From Candidatus Nomurabacteria bacterium UBA5155 (GTDB lineage: Bacteria; Patescibacteriota; Minisyncoccia; Phycocordibacterales; UBA9973), in NCBI GenBank assembly GCA_002413705.1, contig DHXN01000008.1, positions 16,576 to 66,285 of the forward strand: a stretch of DNA of 49,710 nucleotides, given 5' to 3'. Both the position numbers and the translations under genes were made by a program. Positions 37,314-47,662 of this stretch are shown here, one piece after another; position 1 is the stretch's first letter, and every line of letters starts with the position of its first letter. The notes beneath the pieces are model-generated. The model did no database searches and was not told where the DNA came from. It worked only from the letters and a program-made list of their open reading frames with translations.

Positions 37314-37757
37314 ATGACTGAGAGTATTTTTCGAAGAATATCCACCATAAAACGATTGGTAAAGATTTACTATGACTTGCCATATGGACAATTGATCGAT
37401 AAACACAGCGAGCTTTTGCGAGTATTTGATATTCGAGGTTCAATTCATGTTTTTCACCCGCATAAAATGATGCGAGTATATATTTCTCGTCGAGCCCTAA
37501 AACATTTTGTCGAGAGTCGAAAAATAGAGTTGGATAAATATCACAGTCCTGAGGAAACATTGAAGAGTTTTTATTTTGCTATAGATTCAATTCGAGAAAC
37601 CATTACTAATTTTGATGATTATGAAATACGTCTGTCAAAGTATTTTTATACCAAAGATTATTCTATTGTTGATAGGCCACAAATAAGAATTATTTTAGAA
37701 ATAAATAATGATAATCTTGAAATAATCTCAATTCACTTTAAAAAGAAGGGAAAATAA
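37314..37757 (+). CDS. AT-rich hypothetical protein, possibly a BECR-fold RNase
   Basis: ALKHFVESR helix followed by a beta meander ending IISIHFKK. Confidence 0.55.
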   Translation: MTESIFRRISTIKRLVKIYYDLPYGQLIDKHSELLRVFDIRGSIHVFHPHKMMRVYISRRALKHFVESRKIELDKYHSPEETLKSFYFAIDSIRETITNFDDYEIRLSKYFYTKDYSIVDRPQIRIILEINNDNLEIISIHFKKKGK

Positions 37758-37887
37758 AAATACCACCTTTCGGTGGTATTTTTGTAAAGCTCGGAGCGAC
37801 GGCAATTACCCAAGTAACATTTCGCTCATTAGTACACCGTTTGATAAGTGTCCGCAGCGAAGCCGATATATTTTCTGACGTCGAGCT
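37756..37887 (-). ncRNA. Candidate ~130-nt structured small RNA
   Basis: Promoter puts +1 on the first base of the AGCTCG/CGAGCT closing stem; inner stems; ends in terminator AAAAATACCACC-GAAA-GGTGGTATTTTT. Confidence 0.6.
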
Positions 37888-37893
37888 GTGGAT

Positions 37894-37922
37894 ATCGTAT
37901 CATGGTGAAAATTCATGGTCAA
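37894..37922 (-). promoter_or_regulatory. Sigma70 promoter of the candidate sRNA
   Basis: TTGACC-17 nt-TACGAT with TGn extension. Confidence 0.7.
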
Positions 37923-37948
37923 GGTTTCTCGTATGGTACAATATACAT

Positions 37949-38734
37949 ATGATATTTCTTCCGATCTTCATTTTTGTTCTCGGGCTCATTATCGGAAGTT
38001 TTTTGAATGTAGTCATCTTGCGTATGAATACCGGACGCAGTGTGGCCAAAGGTCGCTCAAAATGCGCGCGATGCAGCACGGCACTTTCTTGGTATGAACT
38101 GATACCGGTGTTTTCATTTCTTGGTTTGCGAGGGAAGTGCAAGACATGTAGTAATCGCATTTCATTTCAGTATCCATTGGTAGAACTTATTACAGCGATC
38201 GTTTTCACTATATTGTACGGCGCGGTTATCAACACCTACGGTCTGACAGGAGTTGCGGCAGTGATATTTATTTTCTCAGCCACGATTGCGGCACTGCTGA
38301 TCATTATTTTTGTTTACGATATACGTCACACAATCATTCCTGATGTCGCCGTCTATCTTTTTATTCTACTGGCACTTGTTTCTATCATCTGGCGATTGTT
38401 TACCGTACCTGGTTTTGCCGCTGGTACGGCAATCTTCTACGGAGTGTTTGTGGCATTACCATTTTTCTTGTTATGGGCATTTTCCAAAGGCAAACTGATG
38501 GGCTTTGGTGATGTGAAGCTGGCACTTGGCATGGGCTGGCTGCTCGGACTGGTCGGTGGATACAGCGCGGTGCTGTTTTCATTTTGGATCGGCGGACTGG
38601 TCGGTATTATTTTGTTGGCACTGTCACGCAAGTACAACATGCGTTCAGAAATTCCTTTTGCACCATTTCTGATACTGGGAACATTTATTGTCGGTGTCTT
38701 CGGAGTAACCATTTTTACTCTTTTCAACATATGA
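37949..38734 (+). CDS. pilD: Prepilin peptidase
   Basis: GSFLNVVI.R, RS.C..C, LRGKC..C, YPLVE, D.....IPD, MGFGDVKL, PFAPFL. Confidence 0.95.
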   Translation: MIFLPIFIFVLGLIIGSFLNVVILRMNTGRSVAKGRSKCARCSTALSWYELIPVFSFLGLRGKCKTCSNRISFQYPLVELITAIVFTILYGAVINTYGLTGVAAVIFIFSATIAALLIIIFVYDIRHTIIPDVAVYLFILLALVSIIWRLFTVPGFAAGTAIFYGVFVALPFFLLWAFSKGKLMGFGDVKLALGMGWLLGLVGGYSAVLFSFWIGGLVGIILLALSRKYNMRSEIPFAPFLILGTFIVGVFGVTIFTLFNI

Positions 38735-39408
38735 TAGCCACTAAAACACAACGAGGATTCACTATCATTGAAATGCTCGTCGTGGTAGCGATATTTGCTG
38801 TGGTGGCGACAGTGCTGCTCTTCCGCTATTCTGATTTCAGTACCAGTGTCGGCATACGAAATCTGGCTGAAGAAATTGGACTGACTGTTCGAGACGCGCA
38901 AAGTTATGCCACCAGTGAACGCATTATCAATGGCGCCACCGGAATTTCGAGTAGCACGTTTCCGGCATACGGCATCAGTTTTTCGGTAGATGAAAGTGTT
39001 CAACAAACATTTGATCCCAGCACTCAGAGCTTTGCACTGTTTGCCGATGTCTCAGCAAACGGCACCACAGTCACAAACAATAGCTATGACAACAACGGCA
39101 CGTGCGGCAATCCAACCACAGGGCAAGAATGCGTCGAGAACTTCACTGTCTCCGGAGGAAATAAAGTAGTATCATTGTGTACAGATCTGCCTACTGCAAA
39201 TACTTGTCTAACACCTGTCAGCGCTGGTGGATCAGGTGGTACAGTGAATGTGGTCTTTCATCGACCAAATCCTGACGCGGTGATTTGTGTCAGCGGTATT
39301 GATTGTACGATTCGCAAAGCATCATATCTTAAAATTACCGTTCAATCTCCAAAAGGATTGCAACGACTGATTACTATCTGGAACACCGGTCAAATAAGTG
39401 TTAACTAA
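38731..39408 (+). CDS. Minor pilin (FimT/FimU-like)
   Basis: RG|FTIIEMLVVVAIF. Confidence 0.88.
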   Translation: MIATKTQRGFTIIEMLVVVAIFAVVATVLLFRYSDFSTSVGIRNLAEEIGLTVRDAQSYATSERIINGATGISSSTFPAYGISFSVDESVQQTFDPSTQSFALFADVSANGTTVTNNSYDNNGTCGNPTTGQECVENFTVSGGNKVVSLCTDLPTANTCLTPVSAGGSGGTVNVVFHRPNPDAVICVSGIDCTIRKASYLKITVQSPKGLQRLITIWNTGQISVN

Positions 39409-39409
39409 C

Positions 39410-40027
39410 ATGCATAAAAAAACTTTTCACCATTCATCTCAAATATCACTCAATGCAGGGTTCACGCTTGTTGAATTACTTGTTTCACTAGCACTGTTCA
39501 CCGTCATTGTGACGGCCGCTGTCGGTTCGCTCTATACCGTCAACCAAGCATCAGTGAAAGTTGGCGCGATGCGCACCGTGCTGGACAATCTCAGTTTCGC
39601 CACCGAATCGATGAGTCGTACTATTCGTACCGGAGACCTGATCATTTGCGGCGGTGTTGATAATCAATCAGGCACGGCTAACTGCGCACTGGGAAACTCT
39701 AACGGCCCTGGAAATGAAATTTCTTTGTATAGTACTATTGATAGTGCGATCATCGAATATCGATGGAGAACGGACAGTCTCACCGGCAATTATGAAATTC
39801 AGAAATGTACTGTTGTAAACAACAGTGTTAATGATAACAATTGTGTTTCTATCACTAATCCGGAAGTCAATGTGCAAAAAATGAGTTTCTATGTTGATGG
39901 CGCAGACGCTACCGACGGCAAGCAGCCAAGTGTTATGATATTGATGCAGGGCGTCGCCACGGCCGGTATTAACAATATTGCGCCATTTGCCATTCAGGAA
40001 TTAGTATCGCAACGAGCAGCAGAATAA
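39410..40027 (+). CDS. Minor pilin (PilW-like)
   Basis: AG|FTLVELLVSLALF. Confidence 0.88.
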   Translation: MHKKTFHHSSQISLNAGFTLVELLVSLALFTVIVTAAVGSLYTVNQASVKVGAMRTVLDNLSFATESMSRTIRTGDLIICGGVDNQSGTANCALGNSNGPGNEISLYSTIDSAIIEYRWRTDSLTGNYEIQKCTVVNNSVNDNNCVSITNPEVNVQKMSFYVDGADATDGKQPSVMILMQGVATAGINNIAPFAIQELVSQRAAE

Positions 40028-40028
40028 T

Positions 40029-40595
40029 ATGAAATATCACACATACAAAAAAGGTTTTACTCTCATCGAAACACTGATCGCGATTTTCATCTTGACACTG
40101 ACAGTCGGAGGATTGCTGACGCTGGCTGCCAATGGGTATTTCTCTGTGCGCTATGCTCGCAATCAAATCAGCGCTGACAGTTTGGTGCAAGAGTCAATCG
40201 AGTATATTCGCAACAGTCGCGACACTGCAGTGCAAGACGGAACAGACTGGCCGACATGGGTTGGACAATTCAGCAGCAATGGTTGTACTAGCAGCACCGG
40301 CTGTATCGTTGATCCTTTCAATATCGGCGGCAGCTATTTCCGCGCATGTGGCAGCACTTGTGAGGCTACTTCATTTTATCCAACCAGTGGATTTTATGGC
40401 TATGCAACAGATGGGACGTATCCTGCCACGATGACTTCCGGAGCTGCCCCGCAAACTACTACCTACGTGCGAACTGTCACCATGCATCTTGTCGGATCAG
40501 ATCAGCTGGTAGTTAATTCAACGGTTCGGTGGTTCAATGGCAATGCCGCAAAGTCCACTTCGCAGTCCACGCTACTGACCAATTGGCATTTTTAA
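40029..40595 (+). CDS. Minor pilin (PilV-like)
   Basis: KG|FTLIETLIAIFIL; ESIEYIRN.RD. Confidence 0.88.
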   Translation: MKYHTYKKGFTLIETLIAIFILTLTVGGLLTLAANGYFSVRYARNQISADSLVQESIEYIRNSRDTAVQDGTDWPTWVGQFSSNGCTSSTGCIVDPFNIGGSYFRACGSTCEATSFYPTSGFYGYATDGTYPATMTSGAAPQTTTYVRTVTMHLVGSDQLVVNSTVRWFNGNAAKSTSQSTLLTNWHF

Positions 40596-40596
40596 T

Positions 40597-43111
<2,515 letters not shown>

Positions 43112-43119
43112 TGTTTGAT

Positions 43120-43407
43120 ATGAGTACGAATCTGAGTAGTGATGAGATAAAAAGACTGGCATTATTGGCACGACTGACTGTGCCGGAAGCCGAGCTTGAA
43201 ACGATCGGTAAGGATGTTACCAATATTTTGGGTTTTGTGGACACTATTCAGTCCGTGCAACTGGGCGATCAGGTTGCGACTGCCGATGGACACACCAATG
43301 TTTTTCGCGAGGATATAGTACACCCGATCACTCCGGCATATGATCTGATCGAAGCCGCACCGTTGCACCAAGATCATTTTGTGAAAGTACCAAAAGTGAT
43401 TGAGTAA
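43120..43407 (+). CDS. gatC: Asp/Glu-tRNA amidotransferase subunit C
   Basis: LALLARL, FRED, FVKVPKVI; upstream of gatA. Confidence 0.92.
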   Translation: MSTNLSSDEIKRLALLARLTVPEAELETIGKDVTNILGFVDTIQSVQLGDQVATADGHTNVFREDIVHPITPAYDLIEAAPLHQDHFVKVPKVIE

Positions 43408-43425
43408 CATCAAATAATTTTTTAT

Positions 43426-44823
43426 ATGGAATATCCAACAATAGAACAATTGCATAAGAAACTGACAGCGGGAGAAATGGCCGTGACGACTCTTGTTGAT
43501 GAGTATGTGGCACGCGCGAAAGCCAGTGACCTGAATGCGTTCAGAGAAATTTTTTCAGACGTTGATATTGCGGCGCAAGTTGCGACTGCACAAATGATGT
43601 TTAAAGAAGGCACCGCGACAATACTGACCGGCATGCCGATTGCATTGAAAGATAATATTTTATTTGCCGGACATATTGTCAGTGGCAGCTCAAAAATGTT
43701 GGAGCACTACACGGCCAGCTACGATGCGACAGTGGTCGAAAAATTGAAAGCTGCCGGAGCAGTGCTGATCGGGCGTACCAACATGGACGAATTTGCTATG
43801 GGATCTTCAACAGAAAATTCGGCCTATGGCGTAACCAAAAATCCTCATGATACTTCGAAAGTTCCCGGCGGTTCATCGGGTGGCTCAGCAGCGGCGGTGG
43901 CGGCAGGGTTGTGTGTGGCGGCATTTGGTTCAGATACTGGCGGCTCTATCAGACAGCCGGCGGCATTTTGCGGCATTGTCGGACTGCTGCCAACGTACGG
44001 CTCTGTGTCTCGTCATGGTTTGATGGCATTGGGTTCATCATTGGACGTGATCGGCCCAATGACTCATTCCGTCGCCGATGCTGAAATTTTTTACAATACA
44101 TTCAAAGGCGCAGACAAATATGACGGCACATCTGTTGCACAAAATGTAACAATACCATTGAAGAAAAAAATCGCTATGCCAAAAAATATGTTTGCGGCCG
44201 GCGGTGTTGATCCAGAAATCAAAAAGAATTTCGAGGACATGGTGGAGAAATTGAAAACACAAGGATTTACTGTCGACGAAATTGATTTGCCGCATTTTGC
44301 TGATTCACTGGCTGCGTACTATATCTTGATGCCGGCCGAAGTGTCTTCAAACTTGGCGCGCCTCGACGGTATTCGCTATGGCGACAGAGCGAAAAGTATC
44401 TCCATACACGATGTGTATGGAGATACGCGCGGCGCACTGTTTGGCATTGAAACACGACGACGTATTTTACTCGGCACATATGTGCTGTCACACGGATACT
44501 ATGACGCATACTATAACAAAGCGGTTGCACTACGAAGCATTATTCGCAAAGAATTTGAAACTGCCTTGGAGCAATATGATGCAATTCTAACACCAACGAC
44601 ACCAACACCGGCATTCGGCATTGGCGAAAAAGTGCATGATCCGGTCAGTATGTATCTGTCTGATTTGTTCACGGTACCTGCAAACATTACACAGCATCCG
44701 GCAATTTCTATTCCTTCAGGAAAAAGTACCAGCGGACTACCATTTGGCGTGCAATTCATTGGTGCACGTTTTGCCGAAGACACGCTGTTTAGCCTTGGTA
44801 AAATAGTCGAAGATATACGATAA
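43426..44823 (+). CDS. gatA: Asp/Glu-tRNA amidotransferase subunit A
   Basis: KDN, NMDEFAMGSSTENS, PGGSSGGS, GSDTGGSIRQPA, SSNLARLDGIRYG. Confidence 0.97.
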   Translation: MEYPTIEQLHKKLTAGEMAVTTLVDEYVARAKASDLNAFREIFSDVDIAAQVATAQMMFKEGTATILTGMPIALKDNILFAGHIVSGSSKMLEHYTASYDATVVEKLKAAGAVLIGRTNMDEFAMGSSTENSAYGVTKNPHDTSKVPGGSSGGSAAAVAAGLCVAAFGSDTGGSIRQPAAFCGIVGLLPTYGSVSRHGLMALGSSLDVIGPMTHSVADAEIFYNTFKGADKYDGTSVAQNVTIPLKKKIAMPKNMFAAGGVDPEIKKNFEDMVEKLKTQGFTVDEIDLPHFADSLAAYYILMPAEVSSNLARLDGIRYGDRAKSISIHDVYGDTRGALFGIETRRRILLGTYVLSHGYYDAYYNKAVALRSIIRKEFETALEQYDAILTPTTPTPAFGIGEKVHDPVSMYLSDLFTVPANITQHPAISIPSGKSTSGLPFGVQFIGARFAEDTLFSLGKIVEDIR

Positions 44824-44830
44824 TACTAGT

Positions 44831-45334
44831 GTGACTATCATAATAATTTTTAATGCGATACTGACACTGTTTGCGATTGCGCTCATCACATTGGTTCTTT
44901 TTCTGTTCGTGCGTTTTTATGAAATCCGCCAAGGAGACAAGAAAAAAAATTTGATTGTGTTGCAACATACTATGCCGACCATTGCGCAAAGCGGCGACGC
45001 GGCGATGGTGGTGCCAATTGAAAATCAAACATGGAAAAGCATCCGGGCACGACTGTTGGGAGAAAATCCAAGCGACTGGAAGCTGTCAGTCATTGAGGCG
45101 GATATTTACATGGATCGTCTGCTCGATGATAAAGGCTTTCACGGGGATACGACCAGTGACAAACTGAAGCAGATCACCCCCGATAGATTGCCATCCGTGC
45201 AGATTGCGTGGGAAGTGCACAAGATTCGCAATCGCATCGCGCATGACGGTGCGGCATTTGTGCTGACCATGCCCGAAGCGCGGCGACTGCTGTCGTACTA
45301 TGAAATTATTTTTACTGATCTCGGCGCGATTTAA
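44831..45334 (+). CDS. Membrane-anchored protein with a HEPN-like RNxxxH motif
   Basis: N-terminal TM; helical domain IEAD...AWEVHKIRNRIAHDG. Confidence 0.7.
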   Translation: MTIIIIFNAILTLFAIALITLVLFLFVRFYEIRQGDKKKNLIVLQHTMPTIAQSGDAAMVVPIENQTWKSIRARLLGENPSDWKLSVIEADIYMDRLLDDKGFHGDTTSDKLKQITPDRLPSVQIAWEVHKIRNRIAHDGAAFVLTMPEARRLLSYYEIIFTDLGAI

Positions 45335-45395
45335 TTTCGGAAAACGCCATTTGCATTAATCTGATAAGGATTGTATAATCCAACCCTAACTATAT

Positions 45396-45466
45396 CGCGG
45401 GGTAGAGAAGTGGTATCTCGTAAGGCTCATAACCTTAAGGCAGCTGTTCGATTCAGCTCCCCGCAA
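45396..45466 (+). tRNA. Initiator tRNA-fMet(CAT)
   Basis: C1:A72 mismatch (CGCGGGG/CCCCGCA); TAAGG-CT CAT AA-CCTTA. Confidence 0.9.
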
Positions 45467-45511
45467 CAATTTACAAATAGGCTCATTATGCTATAGTCTT
45501 GTGGCACTTAT

Positions 45512-45585
45512 GCCGGTGTAGCTCAGGTAGTTAGAGCATCTCACTCATAAAGAGAAGGTCACAAGTGCAAATCTTGTCATCGGCA
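45512..45585 (+). tRNA. tRNA with CAT anticodon, probably elongator Met
   Basis: GCCGGTG/CATCGGC; TCTCA-CT CAT AA-AGAGA; T-loop TGCAAAT. Confidence 0.82.
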
Positions 45586-45621
45586 CACTTCACAATATTT
45601 ATTACTAATTTTACTGAGTAA

Positions 45622-46293
45622 ATGCCAGTTTATAAAAATGTAAATAAAAAATTTTTTAACATATGGACTTCTGAAATGGCATACGTGCTAGGATTTTTTG
45701 CTGCCGATGGTTATATTACAGTTAATAAAAGAGGTGGACAATATTGGGGTATTCAAATTATTGATAAAAATTTGTTGGAAGAAATTAAAAAGGTGATTGG
45801 ATCTGAACACGCTATTGGTTGTAAAAAAGGTAAGGAAAATGAAAGCACATTATATCGTCTTCAGATCGGCAGCATTGAAATATGTGATGCACTTCGGGGG
45901 TTGGGGTTTTCTGAAAAGAAAACAAACAATATGACACTGCCCGGTGTCCCGGAAGAGTATGTTGGAGATTTTATCAGAGGATATTTTGATGGTGATGGCA
46001 ATGTCTGGGTTGGTAAGAATAATGCGCGTCGAGAAAGAAGTGTTGATACGATACTTGTCATGTTTACTTCCTGTTCTGAATCATTCTTACAGTCTTTGAA
46101 ACAAAGACTCATTTTGAAAGGTTTAAAGGGTGGTTCACTATATTCCTTAAAAGAAGGGTATTTTCGGCTTTCACTGAGTGTGCAGGACTCTTTGAAATTA
46201 TTCGAAATTATGTATAATAACAGCACGTCAGAGAGCTTGTATCTAAAGCGAAAGAAAGACGTTTTCGAACAATTTATAGCAATGCGACCGTAG
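45622..46293 (+). CDS. Free-standing double-motif LAGLIDADG homing endonuclease-like protein
   Basis: AYVLGFFAADGY and DFIRGYFDGDGN; C-terminal LKRK; stop codon inside tRNA-Asp. Confidence 0.9.
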   Translation: MPVYKNVNKKFFNIWTSEMAYVLGFFAADGYITVNKRGGQYWGIQIIDKNLLEEIKKVIGSEHAIGCKKGKENESTLYRLQIGSIEICDALRGLGFSEKKTNNMTLPGVPEEYVGDFIRGYFDGDGNVWVGKNNARRERSVDTILVMFTSCSESFLQSLKQRLILKGLKGGSLYSLKEGYFRLSLSVQDSLKLFEIMYNNSTSESLYLKRKKDVFEQFIAMRP

Positions 46294-46358
46294 CTCAGCT
46301 GGTTAGTAGCGCCCGCCTGTCACGCGGGAGGTCGGCGGTTCAAGTCCGCTCGGTCGCG
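46284..46358 (+). tRNA. tRNA-Asp(GTC)
   Basis: GCGACCG/CGGTCGC; CCCGC-CT GTC AC-GCGGG; G73. Confidence 0.92.
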
Positions 46359-46453
46359 CAAAGAAAAAGAACCATAGAAATAGGGTTCTTTTTCGTATAC
46401 TTGAAATTTGACTTTATATAGGGAAAATGTAGAGTGAAGAAAAATTGAAAATT

Positions 46454-46939
46454 ATGCAAGAGACTGAAACGTATACCCGCCCCATTATCACTTTCCTGAA
46501 AAACCTCAAAGGAGATGATTTATTTATCACGGGAGACTGCTTATTGTCCCCGTCAACATTTAAGATGTTTTTTATAGCTAATCATCTTAGCTTGCGACCT
46601 GTTTTTATTCTAAGCCCTAAAAACAGTAAAGAAAAACTCATTCTCGTGTCAGAGGGTGATATACAACATTTTGGCAATAAAAAATATATGAGCCAATACG
46701 GATTATCCGTACATTTCCACAATACACTTCCGTGTATGTACATTCTCCGAATGAATGAGTGGAACAATGAAATAGTGTGGAGACTTGGCACTGAATTAAG
46801 GGAATGGGAATCATGTGAGTTGGAAAGAAAGGTTACGGAAAAAGGACTTATACAGTCAACTGTAATACATGTTGATTTTACGGCAACCTTTCAGCATGAA
46901 AATGCAAAAGCAGGTACCTTTACTCTTGGTATTCGGTAG
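46454..46939 (+). CDS. Hypothetical protein
   Basis: Own TTGACT-16-TAGAGT promoter and a terminator at ~46955-46984. Confidence 0.6.
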   Translation: MQETETYTRPIITFLKNLKGDDLFITGDCLLSPSTFKMFFIANHLSLRPVFILSPKNSKEKLILVSEGDIQHFGNKKYMSQYGLSVHFHNTLPCMYILRMNEWNNEIVWRLGTELREWESCELERKVTEKGLIQSTVIHVDFTATFQHENAKAGTFTLGIR

Positions 46940-47032
46940 ATTTTTCTCATAATGAAAGCCCGAGTGAAATTACTCGGGCTTTTTCTATTGACTTTATCCA
47001 TGAAAAACATAGAATAATAAAAAAATAACGTT

Positions 47033-47149
47033 ATGAAAAAATATAATTGGTTCTGGATGTTTTTTAAAAAGATTGGCCTATTGTTCGACTCTATAATAAC
47101 TGAAGTAAAAATCTACAAGTTAAAAAAATCAGGGTTTTGGCCGCTGTAA
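47033..47149 (+). CDS. 38-aa cationic aromatic small protein (not in the ORF track)
   Basis: MKKYNWFWMFFKKIGLLFDSIITEVKIYKLKKSGFWPL*; TTGACT-16-TAGAAT upstream; terminator at ~47161-47187. Confidence 0.55.
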   Translation: MKKYNWFWMFFKKIGLLFDSIITEVKIYKLKKSGFWPL

Positions 47150-47318
47150 ATTATTATGTATAAAGCTCCCAATGTTTGGGAGCTTTATTTTTTATACAAA
47201 GCAGGAATAACAGGGTTGGAATAAACATTCCTAGGCTAATGCCTGTGAGACCATAGATATTAAGCTTTTTCAGTATGCTATACTTTTGAAGTTAGTAGTT
47301 AAGATTGAATGAAAATAT

Positions 47319-47564
47319 ATGTATTATTTTGACCCTATAGTTATGGTATTTCATCTCCTCGGATGGATTTTGGTAGTGTGGTTTATTATTTGGCTATTGC
47401 GCAAGGCTCGATATCATCGTCATCACCATATGTGGTGCGATGGTCAGAACTGCAATCATCCAATACATAGCAACCGCGCGCTTGATCTGTTGAAGGAGCG
47501 TTTCGCAAAAGGAGAGATCAACAAGGAAGAGTACGAAGAAAAGAAGAAGGTACTTAGTGCTTGA
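47319..47564 (+). CDS. SHOCT-domain small membrane protein
   Basis: TM, His-rich linker, ALDLLKERFAKGEINKEEYEEKKKVL. Confidence 0.88.
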   Translation: MYYFDPIVMVFHLLGWILVVWFIIWLLRKARYHRHHHMWCDGQNCNHPIHSNRALDLLKERFAKGEINKEEYEEKKKVLSA

Positions 47565-47589
47565 CAATAAAAAGCAATAGTGTTATCAT
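47561..47589 (+). promoter_or_regulatory. Sigma70 promoter of the DEAD-box gene
   Basis: TTGACA-17 nt-TATCAT with TG extension. Confidence 0.75.
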
Positions 47590-47662
47590 TCTGACATTAC
47601 TATACGTATTGTGTTATTGACTATCTGAGTCTGAATGACACAGTAATAGAAAATAATATAAT

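Noticed and set aside
37788..37887. Hammerhead ribozyme, SRP RNA or 6S RNA identity for the candidate sRNA
   Set aside because: CTAATGA is not followed by a stem-GAAA core, there is no SRP domain IV motif, and it is too short and branched for 6S.
43120..44823. gatB missing next to gatCA
   Set aside because: Split gat operons are common and gatB may lie elsewhere in the genome.
45586..46283. Group I intron or split tRNA around the LAGLIDADG gene
   Set aside because: Both flanking tRNAs are complete and there are only ~36 nt of non-coding flank.
47200..47250. GGAATAA direct repeat and small hairpins upstream of the SHOCT gene
   Set aside because: Too short to distinguish from chance; no cognate regulator in the window.
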